A stretch of DNA of 64,000 nt from Octopus sinensis (GCF_006345805.1 NC_043004.1:23188001-23252000), one strand, 5' to 3'; counted from the first letter of the stretch, positions 26,819 through 40,000 are shown. Numbers and translations are program-made. The notes: generated from the letters alone by a model not told the origin.

Positions 26819-26872
26819 AAATTTGATGTCACGTGATATATATATATATATATATCACGTGACATCAAATTT
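26819..26872. repeat. Perfect 54-bp palindrome centred on (TA)9
   Basis: AAATTTGATGTCACGTGA-(TA)9-TCACGTGACATCAAATTT. Confidence 0.92.
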
Positions 26873-27067
26873 ATGTTATATATAGATATATATATAGAGA
26901 GAGAAATATATATATGTATATATAGAGAGAGAGAGAAAGATAGAGAGAGCAGACAGAGAGACACATAAAACACACACACACACACATATGTATGAGTGTG
27001 GCATGTTGAACCCCCAGCTTATTAACATATATATATACATGCATATCCATATATATATGTGTGTGTG

Positions 27068-27470
27068 TTTGTGTGGCTCTATGGTAAAAAGCTTGCTTCA
27101 CAACCACATGGTTCCTGATTCAGTGCTATTGCGTGGCACTTTGAGCAAGTGTCTACTACTATAGCCTCGCACCGACCAAAGCTTTGTGAGTGGATTTGGT
27201 AGACGGAAACTGAAAGAAGTCCGTTGCATATATATGAATGTGTGTGTGTGTGTACGTGCGCATTTGTGTCCATGTTTGTCGGCCTACTACCGCTTGACAA
27301 CTGGTGTTGATGTCTCTACATACCCGTAACTCGGCAGTTCGTCAAAAAGAGGCCGATTGAATAAGTACCAGGCTGAAAAAAAGAAGTACTGGTGTCGATT
27401 CATTCGACGACAATTCTTTAGGATGGTGCCCCAGCATGGCCACAGTCAATGACTGAAACAAGTAAGAGAT
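27068..27470 (+). mobile_element. SINE family B, near full length
   Basis: Head GTGGCTCTATGGTAAAAAGCTTGC...GGTTCCTGATTCAG, CORE-like GGCACTTTGAGCAAGTGTCT, internal (TG)n, tail CAGCATGGCCACAGTCAATGACTGAAACAAG. Confidence 0.85.
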
Positions 27471-27504
27471 ATATGTGTGTATTTGTGTGTGTGTAAGAAT
27501 AATT

Positions 27505-27960
27505 CTTTCTACAATTAGTACAAGGCCTGAAACTTCGGGCGCGTTTACATAGACCCCAATGCTTGACCGGTACTTATTCTATTGTCTCCGAAAGGAGGAA
27601 AGACAAAATCGACCTCGACCGAATTAGATCTTTTAACATAAAGCTCGGAAGAAATACTTATTTCTTTACTACCCACAAGGGTCTAAACACAGAGGGGGCA
27701 AACAAGGACAGACAAACGGATTAAGTCGATTACATCGACCCCAGTGCTAACTGGTACTTAATTTATTGACCCCAAAAGGATGGAAGGCAAAGTTGACCTC
27801 GGCGGAATTTGAACTCAGAAAGTAACGGCAGACGAAATACGGCTACGCATTTCGCCCGCCGCGCTAACGTTTCTGCCAGCTCGCCGCCTTTTTCGCTCGG
27901 AAGAAATACCACTAAATATCTTCTCCGACCTGCTAACGATTCTGCCAGCTCGCTGCCTTC
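27505..27960 (-). mobile_element. Older SINE A copy interrupted by a younger long-tail SINE A (27658-27894) with 15-bp TSD
   Basis: GCTCGGAAGAAATAC at 27643-27657 and 27895-27909 flanks the inner copy. Confidence 0.85.
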
Positions 27961-28172
27961 TCTGTTACAATATAGACTTTGATTTGAATAATAATAATAA
28001 TTTAAAGTGGCTCCCGCTATTGGGAGTTTTATTTGTTTAATTTTGTGTATTTTATTTACACGTTTAAAACCTTTTATATCGTCCTGTTTTGTCATTTCAT
28101 GTTGCTTGTATGTAAGCCTTTGTGGCCAATAAAAAATTATTATGATTATTATTATTATTATCATTATTATTA

Positions 28173-28350
28173 AGGCTTACGAACTGGCAGAGTTGTTAGC
28201 ATGCCGAGCAAAATGCTTAGCGGCATTCCCTCTGTCTTTACGTTGACCACGCCTTCATTTTTTCGCGGTCGATACATTAGCACCAGTTGAATACGAGGGT
28301 CGATTTAATTAGTCCCCGCTCCACCTAAACTGCTGGCTTTGTTCTAAAAC
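28173..28350 (+). mobile_element. SINE family A after a (TTA)n run
   Basis: AAGGCTTACGAACTGGCAGAGTTGTTAGCATGCCGAGCAAAATGCTTAGCGGC head and degenerate central domain. Confidence 0.75.
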
Positions 28351-29394
28351 CTGAAATTATTGTTATTATTATTGTTGTTCTTTTTGTTTTTCTTCTTCTC
28401 CTTCTTGTTCACTTTAAGTTCAAAGTATGACAGATGTTTTCGATAAATTGAAGCTGCCATAGATTTTCAGCACACTGTTTGAAGTGGCTATTTAAAACGA
28501 AGTATACACAAAAATATGTGTGCATGCATATTAATGTTGTTTTGCCTGTTTGTGTATACGCATTTGTGTATAGGTGGATGTATGCATGCGTTTTCAAATC
28601 TTAAAAATTCAGTATATTTATTGTCTTGTAATATATACTTTCCTTTTATGAAATTGTTTTGAGATTTTCCCTGTCATCTTATAAAAATAGATCTTAGATT
28701 TTAGGAAAAGCTTCAAGTCTATGAATTTCTTCCAATTCCCCATGGGTTTATTCAGTTACATTTTTAACATAATATAATTTTTAACAAATACACTTGATAG
28801 CTGCAAAGTTATAGATCCTGCAGCAGAAATTTTGTTACAAATCCAAAGATTTTTCCCTCATTTTTATACTGTTTTTCAATTAATCATTTGTAGAATAACA
28901 TTAATAATGGTTTTTGCTTTGACACAGAAGTTTAGAGTCAGAAAGGTATCAAGCCAATAAGAGAATTTACATGTTGTTTTGCTTGTGAGTAATATCAGCC
29001 AAATCCCTCTCGATTCGTATCTTACTATCTTTTAAAAATGTTCATGAGATAAGTTGGTCCTAGATACATCATATCCCAAATCAACCAATATAGTTGTAGC
29101 CAGAATGTCTTTTACCACAGATATGCTCGATGTTCACCACAAGGGCTAACAAATATCAATTAAAACAAAAAGGGACAAAACACAGGACGAAAGTTACAAG
29201 GGGTTTTGTCCGTTTGAAAAAAGTCCGTGTACAAAAGCAGGGTAACAACGAAATATAAGTAACAATTAAAACTCCCAATAGGGGGAGGCGCTTCGAAAGG
29301 TTACTCGTGGAAAAACCCATAAAAGCCACGGGATCCTGGACTAAAGTGGGGTGATAGAGAGCCCCTTTCTCCTTTTATATTTCAAATAGTAACG

Positions 29395-29430
<36 letters not shown>

Positions 29431-29431
29431 T

Positions 29432-29626
29432 AAGACCCTGGAAATTGAAATACAAAAGATGTGGCATCTTAAAGCGAGAACTGTTCCTGTTGTTGTAGGT
29501 GTCCTAGGTATGATAAAAAAAATGGGATGTCAAAAACATCCAAATAAGATCCCAAGAGAACCATGTCACAGAGAAATCCAAAAGATTGTGCTGAAAAGTA
29601 CTGCCCACATCCTTAGACATCTCGGC
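29432..29626 (+). mobile_element. R4/Dong-type non-LTR retrotransposon fragment (RLE C-terminus)
   Basis: Translates to KTLEIEIQKMWHLKARTVPVVVGVLGMIKK...EIQKIVLKSTAHILR; starts directly after (AAT)n. Confidence 0.8.
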
Positions 29627-29656
29627 AAATAATTGTAACAAGCATGGAGATTAAAA

Positions 29657-29699
<43 letters not shown>

Positions 29700-30368
29700 G
29701 TTTCACTTTTGCTTTACATCTATACAAGTTGGCCCCAAGTCTCAACCAGAGACCTCAAGAGACAACAAATTGGAAGTCCATGTTGGTGTTATGCCTAGGG
29801 TGACATATATTTGGTTTAGTACTTAGTGTTGTACTAGTGAATGTCTAAAAAACCATACGAAAATTATGTTTGTTTTAAAACTTGAGATTACATAGAAAGT
29901 ATTTTGCGTAGGATATGAGCAGTTCCCATAAGCACTATCTTTTGAATTTCTGCCATTTTTGGATTTCCTGGTATCTGAGTTAGGTAACAATCAGCCCCTT
30001 TTGCTATCATTCCCAGGGCACCTATGACAACAGGTATTGTTTTAGTCTTCAGCTTCCACATTTTGCTGATTTCTATTTCAAGATCTTTATATTTGCTCAG
30101 TTTTTGGTAGGTCTTGACAGATACGTTTCTATCGATTGGGACAGTCATATCAATGAGGAGGCATGTTTTTTGTCTGAATTCTTTCAATATGATGTCTGGC
30201 CTATTCGCATCTATCTTTCTGTCAGTTTGAATGGTGAAGTTCCAGAGGAGTGAGATATGATCATTTTCAAGCACTGGAGGTGGTTTGTATTCCCACCAGT
30301 TTTTATCATGGGGCAAGTCCAGGCTTTTGCAAATTACCCAGTGAATATATTGTGCAGCTCTATCATGC
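29700..30368 (-). mobile_element. R4/Dong-type non-LTR retrotransposon 3' fragment: restriction-like endonuclease domain + 3' UTR
   Basis: HDRAAQYIHWVIC...WNFTIQTDRKIDANRPDIIL...LIDMTVP..N...KLSKYKDLEIEI...IPVVIGALG...LMGTAHILRKIL (PD..D RLE motif); (TAA)n-type arrays on both sides. Confidence 0.9.
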
Positions 30369-30398
30369 CTGTTGTTGTTATTGTTATTATTGTTATTA

Positions 30399-30436
<38 letters not shown>

Positions 30437-30469
30437 TCAAATTTTTTCCACAAGAGCAGCTTGTGGGGA

Positions 30470-30970
30470 TAGTCAGTTGCATCAACTCCAGTGTTCAACT
30501 GGTACTTATTTTATCGACCCCGAAAGAATGAAAGGCAAATCCGACCTCGACGGAATTTGAACTGAGAACGTAGTGACAGGCGAAACACTGCTAAGCATTT
30601 TGTCCAGTGTGCTGACAATTCTGCCAACTAGGCGCCTTACTACTACTACTACTAATAATAATAATAATAATCCTTTCTACTATAGACATATGGCCTGGAT
30701 TTTGTGAGGAGGGGGACAGTCGATCACATCGACCCCAGTACTCAACTGGTACTTAGTTTCTCGACCTTGAAAGGATGAATGGCAAAGTTGACCTCGGTGG
30801 AATTTGAACTCAGAACATAGCGGCAGAAGAAATACCGCCAAGCATTTTTCTCGGGGTGCTAACGATTCTGCCAGCTCGGCGCCTAAATAATAATAATAAT
30901 ATAATAATAATAATAATAATAATAATAAGCATTTCGTCCAGTGCGCTAACGGTTCTGCCAGCTCGCTACC
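30470..30970 (-). mobile_element. SINE family A cluster interleaved with (TAA)n
   Basis: Copies at ~30470-30640, 30668-30885 and a head fragment ~30925-30970, each ending in ACGATTCTGCCAGCTC-like sequence. Confidence 0.8.
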
Positions 30971-30978
30971 TTAAAAAA

Positions 30979-31037
<59 letters not shown>

Positions 31038-31044
31038 CAACAAC

Positions 31045-31340
31045 TAATAGATTGAAGACGATTTGAAGTTGGAAATACGAAGGTCGTGGTCAATGAGGAG
31101 AGTAGACGTGATACCAATAGTAATTGGTGCACTTGAATGTATCGGCACTCAACTACCAACATGGCTCAAAAATATTGGTAGAACACCTACAAAATCAGCA
31201 TTGCTTGGAACTGTAATAATCTTTCGCAGGGTTCTTGAAGCATGACCAGTAAACAAGTGTCTCCTTAGTCTAGTGACTGTTGACAGCTGACACTTACCAT
31301 CACACCCAACAAAGAAAGCTGAGAGTTTTTCATCAAAGGA
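31045..31340 (+). mobile_element. Third R4/Dong-type 3' fragment (different subfamily)
   Basis: DLKLEIRRSWSMRRVDVIPIVIGALECIG...KSALLGTVIIFRRVLEA* followed by a short UTR; AAT-rich repeats on both sides. Confidence 0.8.
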
Positions 31341-31359
31341 TAATAACAAAAATAATAAT

Positions 31360-31575
31360 AGGCCATTCTACTATAGGCACAAGGCCTGAAATTTTGGTGG
31401 GAGGGGACTAGTCGATGACATGGACCATATTACATGGTACTTAATTTTTCGACCCCGAAAGGATGAAAGGCAAAGTCAACCTCGGCGAAATTTGAACTCA
31501 GAACATAGCGGCAGAAGAAATACCGCCAAGCATTTTTCTCGGGGTGCTAACGATTCTGCCAGCTCGACGCCTAAA
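31360..31575 (-). mobile_element. SINE family A
   Basis: CGACCCCGAAAGGATGAAAGGCAAAGTCAACCTCGGCGAAATTTGAACTCAGAAC...GCTAACGATTCTGCCAGCTC. Confidence 0.85.
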
Positions 31576-32911
31576 TAATAATAATAATAATAATAATAAA
31601 ATAATAATAATAATAATAGCAGCAACAACAACAACAAGTAGATTGACAACTGACAAAAGAATGCGATCAACTGAAGTCCAAGTCTTTCAGATTCCTATTT
31701 GAAATATAGAATGACTACAAGCCGTTAGAGAAACAGGATGATTAACTCAGCTGTCCAAAACCTCAAGATTTCGCGACTAAGCTTGCAAGTGAAGTATCAC
31801 AAATTCACAGAACAGGGTTAGCTGTATGCTTAAAAATTCACTTTACATCTATGTAGTGTAAGCTTTAATCCTACTGTGCACAGTAACATGAGCTAGTATC
31901 TTCTACCACCGCCTAAGATCGACCGACGCTTTATCAGCTAATCTTGGTGAATAGAATCTGTGTCCGAGAAAGCGTTGTTTCACTCCATGTCCTAATCGTT
32001 GAGTAGCTGTGTTGCAATTTAGGTCAAGTATTTGGTTTGATAATAATTTCCTTATTCTCTCCCGCTAAAAACTGAGCGCCTTAAATCGATCATTCAAGTT
32101 CGCTTTACCCATCTGACTATACCATAAATAATATAAAAAACTTATTATACTAAATAGAACATTTCAAGTGTAATTCTATTTAGCTGCTTATATAAATTTA
32201 CAACAATTTAATCTACTCTAAATGTTTACGTTCTTCGTGGAATGTTTCTGTATTTCATTTTCATAGGCATTAGAGTCGTTCTGCTTATTTCACTGTAATA
32301 TTATTGTCCTTCATTTAATTTCAGTATCTCATGACAATAACTCGATCAGTAAGTTTATTGTATGAACCATATGACTATCATATACATATACTATGAATTT
32401 AATATATGTATATTTTATTATGAATTTATGTCCCAGAACTAATACAGTCATGTTTTCCTTTTCTTGTGTGATAAAGTTGTTAAACGAATAATGCTCGAGA
32501 TATGCCAGTTCAAACTTCATAGTGATATATCTTTTAGTTTATATCGAATTAATCTCGCAGTAATTTAATTTGAATTTGTTCATTTCTTTTTTGTAATATA
32601 GCGTCTCGACATAGGATGTATGACTTACAGAATAATGCTTAAACATTTATGTGTTATATCCCCACAATTGCTTGCCTCAATTTACATCAATTTTTCATGG
32701 ATACTTACATACCAAAGCAAATATACATGAGATTGAGTTTGAGTTAGTGTGCATCCCGATAAATGCATACAGTCTCATATGTGTATATATGTGTGTATGT
32801 TTGTATGTGCATGTATGTATGTATATATGTATGTATATCTATTTATCTATAAATATATAAATAATATATATATGCACTGCATATATACATACGTATATGT
32901 ACATACATATA

Positions 32912-32970
<59 letters not shown>

Positions 32971-34044
32971 GCACAGGATGTCACAGAACTTAAACAACAT
33001 GAAATACGAAAACATACAATACGAACTTTTTTTGCGAATAACGACAGAAACAGATGGAAAACAAGACAAGCAACATAAAAAAACGACCCTTCATCAGTTG
33101 TCGACTGTTTTTCTACTCTGTATTCCATGCAATTCACAAGATACGCCTTCGACAAAGCAGTTAATCCCTCAAAGCAAATTAAATAAAATCTGGGATTTTG
33201 CAGAAGGTCGTAACAAAAACAGGACTGTGAAAACAAACAGGAAGGGTTGCTAAGCCTAAAGCGGTAAGGTGGTGAACGCTGGTGGAACAAGCTTTGTCGA
33301 GAGACAGGCAAGATTACGTCTGATCCATGCAGCTGATCAGGAAAGAAATTCAAGTTAGAAAAAGAAAGATGGCCGATGGTCATGTATGAGCAACTAGAGA
33401 GCAAAGGAGGAAGAGTGAGTGAGACAGAGGGACAGACAGAGAACGGCGAAGGAGGGATAAAAAGAATTAGAGAAAGGATAAGAGAGAAAGAAACGAAAGA
33501 GAAATAGAATGGTGTCGCATCCAAATTAAGATAAAGCTTACTTGGAAATGGATGCATGGCGCTAAATCACATAATAATATAAATAATATATATATGCATA
33601 TATACATATGTACATACTTACATATATAAGTACGTAAGTATGCATGCATGTAAGTATGTAGGTATATGTGTATGTATTTATATAACTATATGTTTATATG
33701 CATGTATGCATTTAAACATGAATGTATTTATGTATGGTTTTTATTTTAAAGCTATTTTAAGAACAACAAGAGAACATTTATTGATAGGATAATTCAATAC
33801 TGAGAGTAGAGATTATAAAGTCGAAGATTTTAGGGTCTCCGAAGTTCGCCCGACCTATTCAAACTTCAAACGTCGTCACGAAGCTGCAAGTAATAAGGAA
33901 CTGAATGCTGGCGATAAAGAACAGTAACAATTTGAATTGACTTGAAAAGCAGTACCAAATAACTATATTTGAGTTTCATGTCGCTAATTATCAAAGAAGT
34001 AATCACTGTGATCTTGGTTAATCGCCGAAAGAAACTATAATATT

Positions 34045-34545
34045 TTACTTTATCTTTTACCTTTCATTCGTTTCGATCATTGGACTTCAGCCATACTGGT
34101 GCACCGCCTTCAATAGTTTCGATCGAACAAATCGGCCCCGCTACATTTTTTCAAGTTAGGTACTTTATTCTATCGCATAAATTCATTTGCCAAGCCATAA
34201 ATTACAGGATATAAACAAACCAACACTTCTGGTCAAGCAGCGATGGAGAAGAAACGTAACACAAAGAAAAAGAGATACACACGCATACACACACACACAC
34301 ACACACACATACAGACATACACACATATATAATATATATATAACGGATATCTTTTAGTTTCTACCTCTCCCAATGTTTATAGTGACAGAACTAAGCAGTC
34401 ATAGGTAAGATGGAATGGATCTTTCCAAATCCACTCACAAGTTTCTAGTCGTCCCGGGGTTATAGTAGATGGCATTTGCACAAGCAGTGGAACTGAACCC
34501 ATGACCATATGGTTGGCTAGTAATCTTCTTATTCACACAGCCATA
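34045..34545 (-). mobile_element. SINE family B, full length, with a ~60-bp internal insertion
   Basis: Tail CAGCCATACTGGTGCACCGCC at ~34088; head CCAAATCCACTCACAAG...CACACAGCCAT at 34425-34543. Confidence 0.75.
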
Positions 34546-34914
34546 AATGCGCCTATTGAGTACTGTTTGTGTAAGTGTGGATTTTTCATCTTAATTTAAA
34601 TTGTGAATGTAATAAAAATGCGGCGTCATTAACAATTATGAGATTCAAATAAATGAGATCAGTATCCGTACTTCAAGGTATTATTGTAAAATAGTTGCAG
34701 TTTTTTTTCTTTATCTCACGGCCTTGACTTATAAAGACAACTCTTGAGAAGCCACTAATGACTAGAATAAACCGAAATTAATCACATTTGTATTCAGTTC
34801 TCTCTATAGAGTGTCTGTAGTTTAACCACAGGGGTTCTTTAAACAATGAGGATAAATATGTTGATTATAGTTATGCTTATAAACCTAATAATAACTTACT
34901 CACACACAGAGATA

Positions 34915-35050
<136 letters not shown>

Positions 35051-35654
35051 AGATAAAATTGATACTTGCACTATGGTCATATTACATGAAAAAAATTTTT
35101 AAATACTCAGAATTTCTATACAGTGTGAAGCAAAAGTTTTAACATCTTTGTGTGTACATGTGTGTGTGTATTCTTTATTTGTGAATTTGCAATGTTACCT
35201 TTGGTTTCATAGGGAGAACATTGCAATTAACAAGCGTTACTCTAAAAACGTTGGTAACCTGCCTCCATTTTAAATGATACTATATGAGATAACACGAGGA
35301 TTACGGGTTTTCAAACATTGCTTGGTGGTATAGCGTGAGATATAAAATACACACATAATGGGGAGGTAATTCATGTAGAGAATTTTTTCATTGTAATTTC
35401 TCTTGTCTTAACCTTGGTTTTTTTTTGGTGTTTGTAAAATTTGCTGTCCTATACAAATACATGCGTCACATGTCTATATGTATTGATGTCCGCATATATT
35501 TATGTATTGATGTGTGGATGTGTGTATGTGTGTGTGCATCTACAGAGTATATGTGCCTCCGTCTATATTATTATCATCATTTTGAAGATATTTGTAGCAG
35601 GTGGAGATATTAAACAAAAGTCTGTTCGTTTCTTATTATGATACTAGGCCTAAA

Positions 35655-35855
35655 GGCGGCGATCTGGCAGAATCGAAAGCACGCCGGAAAAATGCTTAGC
35701 GACATTTCGTCCGTTTTCACATTCCGCCGAGGTCGACCTTGCCTTTTATCCTTTCGGGGTCGATGAAATAGGTACCTTAGTCTAGTGACTGGTTTCGATG
35801 TAATCGACTTGCCCCCTCCCGCAAAATATAAGGCCCTGTGCCTATTGTAGTAAGG
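35655..35855 (+). mobile_element. SINE family A
   Basis: AAGGCGGCGATCTGGCAGAATCG...GCCTTTTATCCTTTCGGGGTCGATGAAATAGGTACC. Confidence 0.85.
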
Positions 35856-37380
35856 GTTATGACACAATGCCTCAGACTAAGATGGAATAGAGATTTCTTT
35901 TTACATATATACCTTTTGTATGATAATTATATATTTGATGTTAATGAAATTAAGAAATACGAGGAACCGGTGTTTAGTTATTGATAAGTTTATAGAGATA
36001 CACACGTGGAAGAATTATCCAATATTAGAAACTGGTTTTGAAACGCAATAATGAATAGAATTTAAAGAATAACTACTCTTACTTTTTGTTATTATTGTCA
36101 TTTAGGCTTATGAATACTTTTATTTAACAGCCTTTTCACCAAATATTTTCCCATTGTGACCAATTTTTATTTATTTAGCAATCGTGTATCGAATGTGACA
36201 TTGCACAGCGTAATATTAGATGTCAATTTTAAGATAGTCGAATGTAATTTATTCTCGAAAATTTATCTGTTGTTTCCAGCAGATCAAGCAGTCACATAGA
36301 AATTCCATCTCCCCTGGTGTGGTTTTTATAGTAACAAAGCTAAGCAGTCGGAAATAAGATGGAACAGATCTTGCCAATAACTTAATAGATAAAGACAAGG
36401 AATACTTACCTGAATTCGAAGCTAACATCATTTATGTATATAGTTTTAGAAATACCTGCAAAATGTCTTTTTTTTTTTTTGAGTTGGCATCGTAATTCTC
36501 CTCAATTCAATTATTACACCAGATACATAATTTCTTAAAGGCTTGATATCTTATTCCAGACACCACTTTTCTATCGGGATTAGAAAGTTTCTCGGACATT
36601 AACATCTAATGTTTAACATAAAGCAAGATATGACAACATTAGTGATCGTGGTTGTGGTCGTGATGGTCGTCATCGGCGTTTTCATGGTGGTGGTGGTGGT
36701 GGTGGTGGTCTACGTAAGGTGGAACAATTCTACCTTGAAGTTTGTGATTCAGGATCTCTGGATATGTTTCAATACTTTGGGGAATGGAGTAATTTAATGT
36801 AATAGGCTGTCCTTGGTCCGTCACAAAGAAAAGCCAATTCCAAAATATTAGGTTCTTCCTATCTCCTATAACATAGGAAATTATCCGAACATACAAAATG
36901 TCCATATCGTCTAGAATTTCGTTTGAATTTGGAAGTCATACATTTCATTTTCAAGAGATCATTCCTAACTTATTTAACAGAAACATAACCAGTTGCATGT
37001 TATTAATCGTCACGAATGATCAAACTGCCGATGATGTTATTACTTATGATTGCAGTTTAGCCCCTGGACAGACGCAATTAAGCAAGCCCATGATCAAAGG
37101 ATTTTTATTCATGACTGTAAAGCCTTTTCAAGACAAACTGTGTCCAGAACTCCATTTTTCAATGCGTTATTTTTATAAGACGTTCAGATGTAATTTGAGT
37201 AAGGTGTGACTGTTATTTCAACCAGTATCGTGACCACATAGACGCTGATTATTTCTTTGTTTGGACGTTATTGGTAAAATTCTGTTCCAGCACACGTTGG
37301 ACATATTAGCTTTGTCAATACAAACGAACACTAACCGCCTCCTACTCCAAACTTAAAAAAAGGATTTACAACCAAAAGCC

Positions 37381-38022
37381 TTACCATACATCTCCACGCA
37401 CAACCCTCTTAACAATGAAGCCTTCGACACCATCCTTCAAAACATTCTCCTGCTAAAAAAGGACCACAGAATAAACTTAATCCTTCAAACACACACCATC
37501 ATAAAAAGCAAGAGCCAGCCCAAATCTATGAAAATTCTCCTAACACTAACCCGAATACGCTCAACAACAACACTGAAGCTGTCAGTAAAAAAATGCGGAA
37601 GACCCAACTGTGGAATATACATCAATTTAATTAAGGGATCAGAGTTCTCCTTCAAGTAGGGACAGCGTTTCACAGTGAAAGGCAGCTTCACATGTGCTTC
37701 AGAGAACCTGATATACGCACTAACCTGCTACGGGTGTCAAGATCAATACATAGGCCAAACAAAAAACAACCTACGTTAAAGAATGGCTTTGCACAGAACC
37801 CAGATCAAAATTCCCAAAAACAGAAAAATAGCATTCAGCCAACACATCGACATTTGCGCCAATAACATAAATCCAAGCTTCATAATTGTTCTCCTCTACC
37901 AGTTCAGGGATGATACAACCTGTAGCCAACGAATTAGTAAAGAGACATTCTTTATTACAAAATACAGACCCCTTTTGAACGCATCTACAACAAACGACAC
38001 GTCCACCACGACCTTGGAATAA
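37381..38022 (+). pseudogene. Penelope-like element C-terminus with GIY-YIG endonuclease; two in-frame stops
   Basis: One frame: LPYISTHNP...KKCGRPNCG...FTCASENLIYALTCYGCQDQYIGQT.NNLR*RMALH...FSQH...KETFFITKYRPLLN. Has the Cys/His-rich linker and LIY-YIG motif typical of Penelope-like elements. Confidence 0.9.
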
Positions 38023-38660
38023 CAACACGCAAATATTAAAAATTATACATTTAAGAGATATCCAAGAATTCATTAAAAACAATCCCAATCACTGCTAGAA
38101 TCCACAACGATCCACTTTGAGGTCACTTGAGCATTTAACTTCCCGCATTCCCTTAGTATTCTGTCTTCTCTTTCCCATTCTTCGTCTTCTTGCTCTCCGC
38201 TACCTCCTTCTTTACTTTACAACTACTGCTGTCTAGAATAACACCTGTGCAAATGTTTTAAACAATACATTCAAAAGATATGTCTCAAGAATTCAATCAC
38301 TACTACCATCCACAACAAGTCACTTTCAGGGCACTTGACCACTTAACATCCTATTACTATCATGGCACTACCGCATTCTTCTTCTTCTTCTCCTTCTTCT
38401 TCTTCCTCCTCTTCTTCTTCTTCTCTGCCAAGAATTCACAACGACCTCGAATCCACAAGAGTAAACAAGAGAGACAGAGAGAGACAGAAACAAGGAAAAT
38501 GCCCCTTGTACTATGCAAATATTATTTTGAAAAACTTTTCATGTAATTTTCCAAAATTTAATTGTTTTCCATACTTACTGTCGAAAAAGTCTCAATAACT
38601 GGAACCGGTACTGAAATTTTTTTTATATTATTTTTTAGCATTTTTCACCTTGACATTTTT

Positions 38661-38719
<59 letters not shown>

Positions 38720-38733
38720 ATATACATACATAC

Positions 38734-38764
<31 letters not shown>

Positions 38765-39587
38765 GATCTATATACATACACACACACACAAATGTATCTG
38801 AATATCCCGGCGATCGATAACCGTATAATCAAATCAAATCCTTTAAAAGCGGTACCCCAGCATCACTGCAATCCCTTCATAAACGACAGGGAAATAGTCA
38901 AAAAGAATTGCGTATACAATTTTCTGTTTGTTATTCAAATCTATCCAAGATTGATTCTAATTCCTATCTGGAGCTTAACTGACTGGAATACTTATTACCA
39001 CTGCAGATATTTCTAAAACATAAAAAAATATCTAATTCTAAACTTAAATTAGAATTTTGTCTCTTGAGTATTCTGATGTAAATAACTATATCCCGAATTG
39101 CTAATGCACACACACACACACATACATACACACACACATGTATATATATTATGCGCGCGTGTGTGTGTGTATGTGTATATGTGTGTACATTTCACCTCGC
39201 TCTAATATTTTTTCCTCGTGAAAACGACCACAATTAATTAACGTGAATTACGATCTTGGAATATATTTTTTTCCCTAGTTATTACTTAAATATATGTTTG
39301 TGCATTTATTTGATTTTCTTTTATCTGCCACACTTTTTCGTACATTTATTTACTTATTTTTTACTTATTTTCGGTTTCATAATCAATAAATGTCTTTTAT
39401 TACATTACTTTCAAAAATATATCCAAAAATTATAGAATATGATAAAAAGAAAGAACACAATTCGGTTTCCATAAGCAATTGAAAATCCAAAAATGTACAT
39501 AAATACAAAATATCTTTTTTCAAAAGAAGTTATCTTCGTATGCGTATATGTATATGTACAAATGAATGCACAAGGTACCTATTCTCC

Positions 39588-39678
<91 letters not shown>

Positions 39679-39955
39679 ATATATATATATATATATATAT
39701 GCTTGCTTATGAATGTATGCATATAGATAGTAGGTAGAAATGTGCGTATGAACATACACACACTTATTATGCATATTTGTGTGTGTGTGCGTGCGTGAGT
39801 GTGTTGTGTGTGTTTAGTTCGCGTGTGTGTGTGCGTGTGTGTTGATATATATATATATATATATATGAAGAGCTAGCAATCTGCCTTAAGTTTCCATTCG
39901 TGCTGAGCTCTGTTTCCCATAGTCGTGAACAGCCTAAAGCAACTAGTAACGGGTA

Positions 39956-40000
<45 letters not shown>

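Noticed and set aside
33060-33420. CTGATGA on the minus strand (33091-33097) inside a probable dispersed repeat
   Set aside because: No correctly placed GAAA/stem III partner was found, so it is not called a hammerhead.
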